From Octopus sinensis (taxonomy: Eukaryota), in contig NC_043008.1 in assembly GCF_006345805.1 (NCBI RefSeq), positions 77,562,001 through 77,626,000 of the forward strand: a stretch of DNA of 64,000 nt, given 5' to 3'. This document shows, piece after piece, positions 12,305-23,370 of the stretch. The stretch's first letter is position 1; each line of letters opens with the position of its first letter. Under the pieces are notes generated by a model. The model saw only the letters and a list, made by a program, of their open reading frames with translations, ran no database searches and was not told the origin of the DNA. The translations under genes were made by a program, and so were the position numbers.

Positions 12305-13141
12305 GGATCTTTTCCTTTTGAACGGCACATGTCAACACAATTTCTAGTTAACTAAACACTTTAAAACTTCGTATACTGGTAGAATGTGTCAAAATAAAAC
12401 ATTTTTTCTCTTGGCTTTCTTGATAAAATTGTAATTCGTTTGTTTAACGTAGTTTAATTTTTCGAATTTTAACCAATGAATCGCCTATAGTGAGCTAAAA
12501 TCATTTGCTGCGTCTAAAACTGAGACAACATCCTGTCACTAACCCTAACCCTAACCCTAACCCGCACCCTCACCCTCACCCTAACCCTAAATTTTAGCCT
12601 TTCGTTTTTTTTCTTAATTGTTAAATTAATTTAAGGATAACAATTAAAAAAAAAGAACCAAAGGCTAAAACGAAAGCAATGGAAAATAATTTAAACAATT
12701 AACAAACAAAATAATTCTATAATTTTATACACACGCTTTCCATACGTATACATAACGAAAGGCTAAAACGAAAGCAAAAACTCAAAACAAAAACAAAACG
12801 AATAATTTTAGACACATGCGTAACAATTAAATTAATTTAACAATTAATAAAAAAAAAACGAAAGGCTAAAATTTAGGGTTAGGGTGAGGGTGAAGGTTAG
12901 GGTTAGTGACAGGATGTTGTCTCAGTTTTAGACGCAGCAAATGATTTTAGCTCACTATAGGCGATTCATTGGTTAAAATTCGAAAAATTAAACTACGTTA
13001 AACAAACAAATTACAGTTTTATCAAGAAAGCCAAGAGGAAAAAATGTTTTATTTTGACACATTCTACCAGTATACGAAGTTTTAAAGTGTTTAGTTAACT
13101 AGAAATTGTGTTGACATGTGCCGTTCAAAAGAAAAAGATCC
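12305..13141. mobile_element. Foldback MITE with ~330-bp TIRs, 8-bp TSD and internal telomere-type repeats (Merlin-like)
   Basis: Ends ggatcttttccttttgaacggc / gccgttcaaaagaaaaagatcc; gaattttt directly repeated at 12297-12304 and 13142-13149; near-identical arms; (TAACCC)n at ~12540-12588 and (GGGTTA)n at ~12875-12906. GG termini with 8-bp TSD and long TIRs fit Merlin (superfamily call is inference). Confidence 0.85.
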
Positions 13142-13500
13142 GAATTTTTTACTATTTCTTTTCTAACTTTATTACCCTTATCCTTTACTTACATTGTCCC
13201 CTTACCTTGTTTCTCTCTCTATTTTCTCATCTTCCTTCTTTTTTCTCCCTCTGCTTTCTTTCTCTCTATTTCCCCTCTATCTTTTCTCTCTTCTTTCTCT
13301 CTATTCTTTCTATCTATTTTTTTCCTCTCCATGTTCTCTTACACTTATCAAGTATTCACCCTAAATTTGCAGTAGCTATATATATATATATATAGATATA
13401 TATAGATATATATATATGTATTGGTAAAAACGGTAAGATAACAAAAAGAAAGAAAGAGACCTCAATATTATGTAAATAGAGGAAATTTATCTATAAAATA

Positions 13501-14250
13501 ATATGTACAATTACTCAATAGTCAAGATAAAACTCTGAGTTTCAGATACTGAAGTGGAAATCCACAACACCATCTCTTCGGTTATCTGGCCATCTGAAAA
13601 AACGCTATGAAAAATACCGTTATATAAAGGGAAATTACTGTGTTATAATTCTGCTACTTATATAAAATAAGATTAAAATTTCATAGTATATTCAGTTTTT
13701 GTATATGCGTGTGTATGTATGCGTATATAAACATGTGCGGGTATGTACATATATGGGCGTGTGTGTGTATGAGTGCATAAGGGCATGTCCGTATATGAAC
13801 GTGGTTTTTATGCTTCGTATACTTCCTTATGTTTTTTTCTGTTACCTTTAACCATGGTTTTTCTTGTGCTTGTGCGTATATAGACGTATGTATGAACTTT
13901 TACGGTACGCATGTGTGTGTGTGTATGAGTTTGTATATATATGCGTATATATTTGGCGAAAAATGCGAGTGAAGATGTGTACGTTTTCATAGTGACGTAT
14001 AAGTACGCACGTGGGTCCGCGAGCGCACATGTGAGCGTATGACTAGTCATGTTTACGTGTTTTACTATGAAATTTTAATCTTATTTTATATAAGTAGCAG
14101 AATTATAACACAGTAATTTCCCTTTATATAACGGTATTTTTTCATAGCGTTTTTTCAGATGGCCAGATAACCGAAGAGATGGTGTTGTGGATTTCCACTT
14201 CGGCATCTGAAACTCAGAGTTTTATCTTGACTATTGAGTAATTGTGCATA
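13501..14250. mobile_element. Foldback of repeat family H2 (Penelope pLTR-like): ~188-bp inverted arms, each with a hammerhead-like motif, lying between (TA)n tracts
   Basis: Arms 13501-13688 and 14063-14250 are near-identical reverse complements; spacer is degenerate TG/TA-rich; (TA)n at ~13377-13418 and ~14260-14330. Confidence 0.75.
14163..14229 (+). ncRNA. Hammerhead-like motif, core variant CCGAAGA (probably impaired)
   Basis: Stem I ccagataa/ttatcttg (7 of 8 pairs); core ccgaaga 14171-77; stem II gatg/catc; t; GAAA 14209-12; stem III actc-a-gagt; GTT triplet. Mirror copy on minus at 13523-13589. Confidence 0.5.
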
Positions 14251-14257
14251 TTATTAT

Positions 14258-14322
<65 letters not shown>

Positions 14323-14343
14323 ATATATATAGATAGATAGATA

Positions 14344-14386
<43 letters not shown>

Positions 14387-15023
14387 CTATAAGGAATCAT
14401 TTCTATGTTATTTAGTCTCACCACTTTTCGTTGTTAATTTGAAATAAGGAAGAAATCATTTAGATAATGTCGACACTATTTACATTTTAATAGGTATTCT
14501 TCTGCTTGGCATCTTTGGAACGTTTTACCTTTATCCAATACTGTTGAAAAAATTCTCAGATTCGAAAGTAATATAGATATGAATCTTTATATTTATAAAT
14601 TTATAATTTACGTTAGTTAATGATTGACTCGATCATTACAGTGATTCTCCGTATAGCAATGAGGATTTTAGTTGTCTGTTCAACTTAAAGGTTGTTGAGT
14701 GTTCCAGAGATACGTCCACCGTTATCGTAATCTTCAAGCAGAATAAGTTCAACTCATTGTACAGCAAAGCGGATATTTTAACAGCCAATTCGGTCAATCC
14801 GATGGGATACATGATTCCGCACAAATTCCATCTCGGCAATTTCTGTCAGAAAGTTTAGGTCGATCAGAATATATAATAGAAGACACATATTCAAGATTCA
14901 AAGCATTAGGGAAAAAATCGAAACTTCACGATTGCAAAGGAGCTTCTTACTCATACCTGCATTATAAGAAGAGTTGTAGACGGGACCTGGATTTCTCAAC
15001 CGCAAACGCGCATGTATATATGT

Positions 15024-15098
<75 letters not shown>

Positions 15099-15247
15099 CA
15101 TACATACATACACACGCACACACATATATTTGGTTATTGAGAGACAAGATGGATGATACGAGAATTTTTACAATTACATAACGAACACTGTGAAAGTGAT
15201 CGTTCTTTACCAGTAAGATACCAGGTATAAGCCATTCGTTTTACTAT

Positions 15248-15310
<63 letters not shown>

Positions 15311-15639
15311 ATGTATGTATATATCCAACCAACAAACACCCCTGCCCTAGTCAGCCGGAACCACCGTTGACTTGGTTCACAATGTGATACAAAAATGGCA
15401 GGATATTTATCAAAGAGTTTAATGACATCTACATAACTGCACATATGAGAGTATATATATTGATTTCAATATATTTGAGAATATATCTACCAAAAGCAAA
15501 TGTACTTTAATAAAAAAAATTCTTCATGTTCTCGATAAGCTTCCTTATAAAATTACTCTATGAATCCACCTTAGGATTCGATGACGGCTTGAGCGTGGGA
15601 CTAGAATCATTGATATGCCTGCATTAAAAGGTCTTATTT

Positions 15640-16470
15640 ATTACAGACAGCACCTTGATGGAAAATAGCAGCCTTCAAACAGATTTAAAACTGAAGGGTC
15701 TGGAGACCACAAGTTTGGTGTTATATTATCGTAAAGATTTTCTGACATTCATTCATGTGTTACGTGGATTTTGCGCAATAGTCTTGTTGAAAATAGGTAC
15801 GGTGTACATCATCCATTCAAGGTCTAACAACTGTTCCTACATCATCCATTCAAGGTCTAACAACTGTTTCCAGGACCTCAGTGTATCTAACAGCGTTAAT
15901 TCTGAAACTCTGTGGAAAGATGTGAGGTGCCATGACATGACCTTCGACACTCACTATTTCTAAAACCATCACAATTACTGGGAACTTAGAAAGCATCTCT
16001 CTGGGAACATTAGGAGGATCTGCACATAGCCATCTGTAATTATTTTTTTTAGAGTTTGATCTTGGTCGAAGTTTTCCATATCAGAGATGAACCAACGCAT
16101 GCCATGTCCACTTGGTACGGATCAGTCTCCCTGTCTTTTTGCAGACATAAGTTGGCCTCTCTTCAGAGCTACGATTTGTATCGAATGTATCCGTGAGTTA
16201 CAGTTCTGAAAATCCTCTTCGACATTTCCTTGATTTCCTTGATATTGATTGATCATCATCAATAATGTTAGAGCCCATTAAATGAATTGCGGTGTCCTTA
16301 TAGTGTCCAAACATTTCTTTGATACAGTTGAAACATTCCCCCTAAAGGCCTCCAATTCCATTGCAATATCTAAATTACCGTGTTCCACATATACGGTAAC
16401 AATAACTGTATGTCTTTTCCTTTCTTGTGTTAGCATTTTATTTGCCATAGGAGATCTGAAAGAAATAAAG
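15640..16470 (-). mobile_element. Decayed Tc1/mariner transposase of the DD37D/maT type
   Basis: Minus-strand frame FISDMENFDQDQTLKKNNYRWLCADPPNVPREMLSKFPVIVMVLEIVSVEGHVMAPHIFPQSFRINAVRYTEVLETVVRP*MDDV, then TYFQQD and LWSPD...LN; internal ~30-bp tandem duplication at ~15826-15888. TIRs not identified; subgroup is from recall. Confidence 0.8.
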
Positions 16471-17024
16471 ACCTTTTAACTGGATTAAAAAGGCTATTAT
16501 ACTGATAATTAACCCTCAAAAATTCCTCGCAATCTATTATATATCAGGTGGTGTTATATATGGCTTGGGACAATTTTGGCCCAAGCAGATCCAAGTTTGT
16601 GTTAATTTATTATATGTGCATAATATATAACATAACTTACTTAGGATTTTCGTTGCATTGCCTTCGCCTCTGAGAAACTCCCCGGTTACATGTTTTTGTA
16701 CAATCACTCCATTGCGACCATTTACTCCACTCCATCAGCCCGTCACTCTAGAATATGAAAGAACAATTTTATTTTACAATAATATAACAACAATTGAATA
16801 TCATCAAATGTATCAGGCTTGTGTTTATAATTGATGCTTTACAATTAAAAGATTCTAGTAAATTACAAGTACTAATTGTATCGAATAAAGATAATTTGAA
16901 CTTAGATATATAAATGTATTACATCATGAACGAAAATAATGTAGATTGAAAAACTGGAGAGTTTTTGAAACTTAATTCAGTGCTTCACATTAGTGTAACT
17001 TTCTATCAGAAGTGACAAAAAAAA

Positions 17025-17260
17025 ATGGCAATCCATCGGTTACGACGACGAGGGTTACAGTTGATCTAATCAACGGAACAGCCTGTTCGGGAAATTAACA
17101 TGCAAGTATCTGAGTACTCTAAAGACACACGTACCATTAACGTAGTTCTCAGGAAGATTTAGCATGACGCAGAATAGGACAAGGCTGACCCTTTGAAATA
17201 CAGGTAGTAATCATTTCTACAAGCTGATTGAATTGGAGTAACGTGAAATAAAGTGTCAGT
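17025..17260 (+). mobile_element. Interspersed SINE-like repeat fragment
   Basis: Resembles a common repeat I recall from octopus DNA (ccctttgaaatacaggta...ctgattgaattggagtaacgtgaaataaagtgtc); recall only. Confidence 0.45.
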
Positions 17261-17439
17261 TTTACATTCAAAATTGGTTCGTCAAATCTGTTACGATTAT
17301 ATTGACTTGAATAATTCACGCCGTAATCTGCAGATATCTCAGTATCAAGAGGAGAATAAATAAAGGCAATGGGCTGAAATTCTAAAGAGAAGTTTTTCTG
17401 TATTATATGCTGAACATGTAAAGCCAGTCGCCTCTTCAA

Positions 17440-18005
17440 AGTGGCTGCTGAATGTTACTACTAGTTTAACGCCAGGCAGATTCTCTGCTAAGCTGGTTAT
17501 CGATGCAACATTCTGCACTCTTTATTTACAATATATTGCCGGCAGGGGGAGCGAGCCCATACTACCCTCTAAGAGCTCAGTTTCGAGTCATTTGGTTCAT
17601 CTTCAGCCGCGAGTACCTGCACACTAGAGCAATAACCAGAATCTGCAACCGCTAACAATTTATTGTAAACAAAGTGACCATCGGTCACTGATTTGCAACA
17701 AGCAAAATAACTAGTTATAAAATCTCAAGAAGAGATAGAGTAGTAATGCATACTAAACAGTAAAGCTAGTTTCCACATCAAAGTAGTTGTTAAATGTTGC
17801 TACTAGTTTGACCCCAGGTAGATTCTCCGCCAGCTGGTTATCAGTGCAACACTGCACCATTTATATACAATATATTGCTAGCGAGGGGCGCGAACCCCTA
17901 CCACCCTCTAGCAGCTAACAAGATCGCAGGACTGACTCAATTTCGAGCTAATTGGTTCATCTTCAGTCGCGAGTACCTGCTCGCCAGAACAATAGCCAGA
18001 ATCCG
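17440..18005 (-). repeat. Diverged tandem dimer (period 360 bp) of repeat family H3, each unit with a hammerhead-like core
   Basis: tttcgag...ttggttcatcttcag(c/t)cgcgagtacctgc occurs at 17581 and 17941; homology extends ~200 bp per unit; minus strand gives CTGAAGA...GAAA in both. Confidence 0.7.
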
Positions 18006-19124
18006 CTGATTGAAATTGAATCTGGCCTTTAATAATATTTAATAGAAAACAACGGTGATCTTATTTGTACGGAGAACTAGTATCAAATTGTACATTTTTT
18101 CAAAATATAATTGATGTTAGGGGAGTAAACATACAGTGATATCTGCATTCAGAATACTAGTCATTGGAGCCATTGGTTGATTGTTGGCCAAACTTTTTTA
18201 ATAGCATGTTAATATTGTTTTCTTAAATAGATATAGCAGACAGAGAATCCACTGAATGGAAAAGATATAAAGCGGATTTAATTTTATTTCCAATTCATAA
18301 TTCACTGACATATCCTTTTTGTGGGTCTGTTGCTTAATTTGTTCTGTTAACAGGTAATGACAACTGTCAATACTATATTACTTCATATTCTATCCACTTC
18401 ACTGAAGAAACGTAAATGATTTTGGCAGTAATGACTATGCATTACTACTTTAAGAGGTGTGTAGTGGAGGTGCAATTTTTATCGTGGTAGCATATTTTCA
18501 ACGAAATATAAACGTGAATGGATCAGAGTAGCAGCAGCAGCATTGAAAACGTTAATGTAGACAGGTATTTTGTTGTAGCTAAACAATATTTGTTTGTGTT
18601 ATATTTCTTTGATAAAAATTCAAGATTTCAGTGATTATCGACAAGTACACACAAGGAGGTGGTGATGGGTAGAAATGTGGTAACATGCCAAAATACAGAC
18701 GTTTTTGATCCTGACAGATATCCAAAGATATTTATTTAATCGTTGAAACATGCTTTTTCCTTGACAGAAAATATTAAATTCTCGCCAGTTGATAAGCTTC
18801 GCTATAGATGTAGATTCACGATAAATATTCTATTTATTGATAATACGTTTACAGCAGGTATTTGGCTTACCGACGAACCCATCCACGTAACAATATTATA
18901 CTTGGCAATGAACCCAAGATTACCATTAAATTACAGAATTTTTGTAAGATAAGGGAAACGAAAGTATAAAAACAAGAGTAATTACTGATTAAAGAAATTA
19001 TTGATCTTATTTAGCTCAATAATCTTTAGTTCAAGTACAGATGCTGGTATTTCGCTGTTTTGAGCAGAAACACCGAGTTCACTTAATTTTAGAATTTTTC
19101 TTTAAGATAGATTTTATATTCCGT

Positions 19125-19324
19125 GTGTCTGGGGAGAGTCATTTTCTTTTTGTGCTTTATTATGTAACACACTCACCGGTAAAATTTACACTTATTTCTT
19201 ATTTTTATTTTCCTAAAATTTTCGTTGCGTCTTGCAACCTTTTCAATAGTTTTGACTACTGAGAGTCAAAACTATTGAAAATGTTGCAAGACGCAACGAA
19301 AAGAAAATGACTCTCCCCAGACAC
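19125..19324. repeat. Nested palindrome (39-bp hairpin inside 26-bp perfect inverted repeat)
   Basis: Arms 19219-19257 and 19264-19302 match at 38/39; outer arms 19125-19150 and 19299-19324 are exact. Confidence 0.9.
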
Positions 19325-20086
19325 AACAGAATATGCTTCAACACACGAACTCATATAAAGAATCTTGCAAACCAAATCCAAAAACGAAATAGATTTTATA
19401 GGTAACCATAACTGTAGTTGAACTACCCAAGGCAAATCTGCGTGAAATAATTTGTTTTATGACTTTTATAAAAGAAATGAAATTTGTTATTTAAACTATA
19501 TTATTGTAGACGTAGTTTTATTAGTCGAGCAGTGAGTAATGGTTGCTGCTTTTTTTACTTTGAGAAAAAATCCTTACAGAAACTATATCAGCTAAATAGA
19601 TAACCTTGAATAAATACATTAAAAACACTATAGCATATTCAGAACACTGTTTCAGAAAATTACCCCCGTTTTCTTTGAGCATACAAAAGGCAAATTTTGG
19701 TTGGGCAAAATATGTAAGACAAGATAAAATAAATTTGCCTCTTCAGTTCTCCAGAATTACACTTACAAAGGAGACTCATATGCATCGACATCCATCCTTA
19801 GAAAGATCAGAAATGCAACAAAAATTTTAAATATCTAGGTCAAATGAAAGAGGATCTTGGAAAATTTGCTCAGGATATGAAATTAAACTCGGCAAAAATC
19901 TAAAAGCTCAACATAAAATATTCTCTATAGCCTCTTCACAATCTAGTAGAATGGCTTTCTTCCTCATGTATTTACGCACAATGCGGTTAAATAGAGAAAA
20001 TTTTTGAAATTAGTTATTACTCATTTTACCACACTTTGGACATCATTTTCTAAAAATTTTAAATTATCAATCACCTATGATTTAGA

Positions 20087-20760
20087 TCAATGTCTGTGGT
20101 TTTTTAATGTTTTATTAAATGTTTGTATCAATGGCCAGGTAAATAGCGATGCCTTGAGAGTGCTGTTCATGTTGTTCATCTGGGTTTCTATGTGTGTTTT
20201 CGTATGTTGAAGTGTTTGTAATATTGTTGGTGCTGGAGATGTTATTGCATTAGTGTAGAGTGTGTGGGTCTGTGACGATTTCTTGGTTTCTGTCTCTCCT
20301 CCTCTAATCGCTTTGATTTTAGTTCTTTTGCCATGCTTTTCATTTTGCAATTTTTTCCTTTTTCCTTTCTCTAGGGTCCATTCTGGTAGCTTTCCACGAC
20401 TTTGTTTCCTCACCAGGTGAGATTTCGCAGTCGAAAAAAGAAACTGTGTCAGTGGGAAGAAGTATGCACAGTCACGCATTTATAAGATGGTGATCCAGTC
20501 GACTGGTGTGGGTGAAGCTTCTCTCGATTGCGATGGTGTGGATGTTGTTTTAGTATTTCTCGTGTGCTAGTTCCGGTGCTTGCTACTGATGTTTGTTTCC
20601 TTTTCTCTACATGGAGCAGAAACCCTTTAAATGTCTTGTTTCACCACAAATGTGGGATCTCAGGTTATCAAATCCGGGATAGCTTCAAAACCGTGTAGAT
20701 AGGCGTGTATCTACATTTCCGTGCTTGACCTCAAATATTTTTCAATTTTAAATCTTAAAA
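20087..20760 (-). pseudogene. Possible LINE ORF1 (gag-like) remnant with degenerate CCHC knuckle
   Basis: Minus strand RSHICGETRHLKGFCS (~20610-20660) fits CX2CX4HX4C with the first C lost; followed by a low-complexity basic/Thr-rich ORF (20087-20479). Confidence 0.35.
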
Positions 20761-20899
20761 TACGCCCTTAAAGGGAAAATTTTTACGACATTAGTTCGTC
20801 AGAAGGAAGGCGAGTCGGCTTATCTAGTAAATACCAAGTTATAAAATAACACATTTTAAAGAAAACTTACGAGTCATGAACAAGCACCCACTCAATCCA

Positions 20900-20948
<49 letters not shown>

Positions 20949-20950
<2 letters not shown>

Positions 20951-21090
20951 TGAATTTAGTACAGCACCAGAAAAGAGTGTTATTAGGGACAGCTAGGATA
21001 CTTAGGAAGGTTCTTGGTATCTACGGTTACTTGTAGCCCGATGTTAGGAATCTTTCTTTTCGAACAGTCTAATCTGTTGTTTGTATATGA
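20949..21090 (+). mobile_element. 3' tip of an R4/Dong-like LINE
   Basis: EKSVLLGTARILRKVLGI, the typical C-terminal motif; preceded by (TAA)n 20901-20948 and followed by TAA/(TAC)n. Confidence 0.7.
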
Positions 21091-21098
21091 ATAATAAT

Positions 21099-21156
<58 letters not shown>

Positions 21157-21179
21157 GCTACTGCTGCAGCTCCTTTCTA

Positions 21180-21509
21180 ATTAATGTATCAATACCAGCA
21201 GATGACCTGGAAATAGAGGTAACTCGGATGTGGAATCTGAAAACAGAAACAATTCCTATCGTAGTAGGTGCATTAGGTATGATAAAAAAATATTCCGACA
21301 AATACATAACAAAAACACCAGGACTTACAAATATAAATAACATACAGAAAATTGCACTACTTGGCACTGCACACATCCTACGCAAAACACTTTCAATACA
21401 GTAAACATAAGATCATCAAACCAAACCACAGCACATACCCAAGGCAAACAGAGCTGCACTCGGTAGTGAAGTGAAAGCACGCTATAAAAATAAAACTACT
21501 GAATAATAC

Positions 21510-21510
<1 letters not shown>
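21180..21510 (+). mobile_element. 3' fragment of an R4/Dong-like LINE (family B)
   Basis: DLEIEVTRMWNLKTETIPIVVGALG...IQKIALLGTAHILRKTLSIQ*, 3' UTR, then (TAA)n 21510-21568. Confidence 0.85.
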
Positions 21511-21567
<57 letters not shown>

Positions 21568-21571
<4 letters not shown>

Positions 21572-23200
21572 GTGCAAAAGCTACCTTTATCAAAGGAAAA
21601 ATGACAGAAACATCTAACGTTAACCTTGACCAGCAGAATGTCATAAAATAATTAGACCCAGCGGAGAGCTACATGTACCTAAGCGTAATTGAAGGGGACG
21701 GAATAAGGCATTCAGAAATGAAGGAAAGGATCAGGAGAGAATGTTATCGCAGATTAAGAGCAATACTGAAGACAGAGATGAATGCAAGAAACAGGATCGA
21801 AGCGATCAATGCATTAGCCATACCAGTCGTGACTTACTGTTTCAATATCGTTAACTGGTCAATTACTGAAATATGTAATCTTGACAGAAAAATACGAAAA
21901 CTGTTGACAATGTATAGAATGCACCACCCTAAGGCAGATACAGAACGACTTTATCTGCCAAGAAAAGAGGGAGGCCGTGGACTTTTACAACTGGCAATAA
22001 CAATGAAGATTGCTACAAGTGGCCTAGACACCTACCTGAAAAACTCTGAGGACTGGATGTTAAAACTTGTCTCAAAACATGTAAACAAGAAAGCATCATA
22101 CTCAGTAACAAAACAGGCAAAGGAATATCTATGTGAATTCCGAATACAACCAATTTCAGAATTAGAGATAGACATACAAGAAACAAGCACAGAAAAAACT
22201 AAGCGCATGAAAACCCGTGCTAAAATTGCGGCCTTAGATATTCTGAATGATAAATGGCAAGAAAAACCTCTCTATGACAAATACCCAAAGAGAGCGAATA
22301 ATGCAGATGTTGACAAAGCCCTGACACATCAATGGCTAATGACCTCTGGCTTAAAATCTGAAACAGAAGGGTTTATCATAGTAGCTCAAGATCAATGCCT
22401 ACAAACAAGAAACTACCAGGCCAACATATTAAAGAACGGCAGTAGTCCAACATGTCGTGTATGTCAACAACAAAATGAAACCATTGATCATGTTGTCTCC
22501 AAGTGCAGTCTTCTTGCGCCTACAGAATATCTCAACAGGCATGATAGAGCTGCACAATATATTCACTGGGTAATTTGCAAAAGCCTGGATTTGCTCCATG
22601 AAAAAAACTGGTGGGAACACAAACCACCTCCAGTGCTTGAAAATGACCACATCTCACTCCTCTGGAACTTCACCATTCAAACTGATAGAAAGATAGATTC
22701 AAATAGGCCAGACATCATATTGAAAGACTTCAGACAAAGAACATGCCTCCTCATTGATATGACTGTCCCAATCGATATAAACGTATCTGTCAAGACCTAC
22801 CAAAAACTGAGCAAATATAAAGATCTTGAAATAGAAATCAGCAAAATGTGGAACCTGAATACTAAAACAATACCTGTTGTCATAGGTGCCCTGGGATGAT
22901 AGCAAATGATCGCTACCTAACTCAGATACCAGGAAACCCCAAAATGGCAGAAATTCAAAAGAAAATGCTCATGGGAACTGCTCATATCCTACACAAAATA
23001 CTTTCTATGTAATCTCAAGTTTTAAAACAAACATAATTTTCGTTTTTTTTTTAGACATTCACTAGCACAACACCAAAACCCCACCAAATATATGGCACAC
23101 TAGGCATAACAACAACGTGAACTTCCAACCTGTTGTCTCTTGAGGTCTCCGGGTGAGACTTGGAGCCAACTTGTACAAATATAAAGCAAAAGTCAAACAT
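21568..23200 (+). mobile_element. 5'-truncated R4/Dong-like RLE LINE (family A, copy 2) with a 408-aa open segment
   Basis: ORF 21673-22899: RT thumb, CCHC (CRVCQQQNETIDHVVSKC), RLE (NRPDII...LIDMTVPID...KYKDL); very similar to 7572-9401; ends in (TAA)n 23201-23368. Confidence 0.95.
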
Positions 23201-23261
<61 letters not shown>

Positions 23262-23307
23262 TGATAATGATGATGCTGATGATGATGATGAGGATAATAA
23301 TATAATG

Positions 23308-23368
<61 letters not shown>

Positions 23369-23370
<2 letters not shown>

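Noticed and set aside
12540-12906. TAACCC/GGGTTA runs as a telomere fusion or chromosome end
   Set aside because: Only a few units, embedded symmetrically in MITE TIRs with a TSD.
14636-14860. Frames open on both strands for about 70 codons
   Set aside because: No recognisable motif and no consistent splice pair; possible exon but unsupported.
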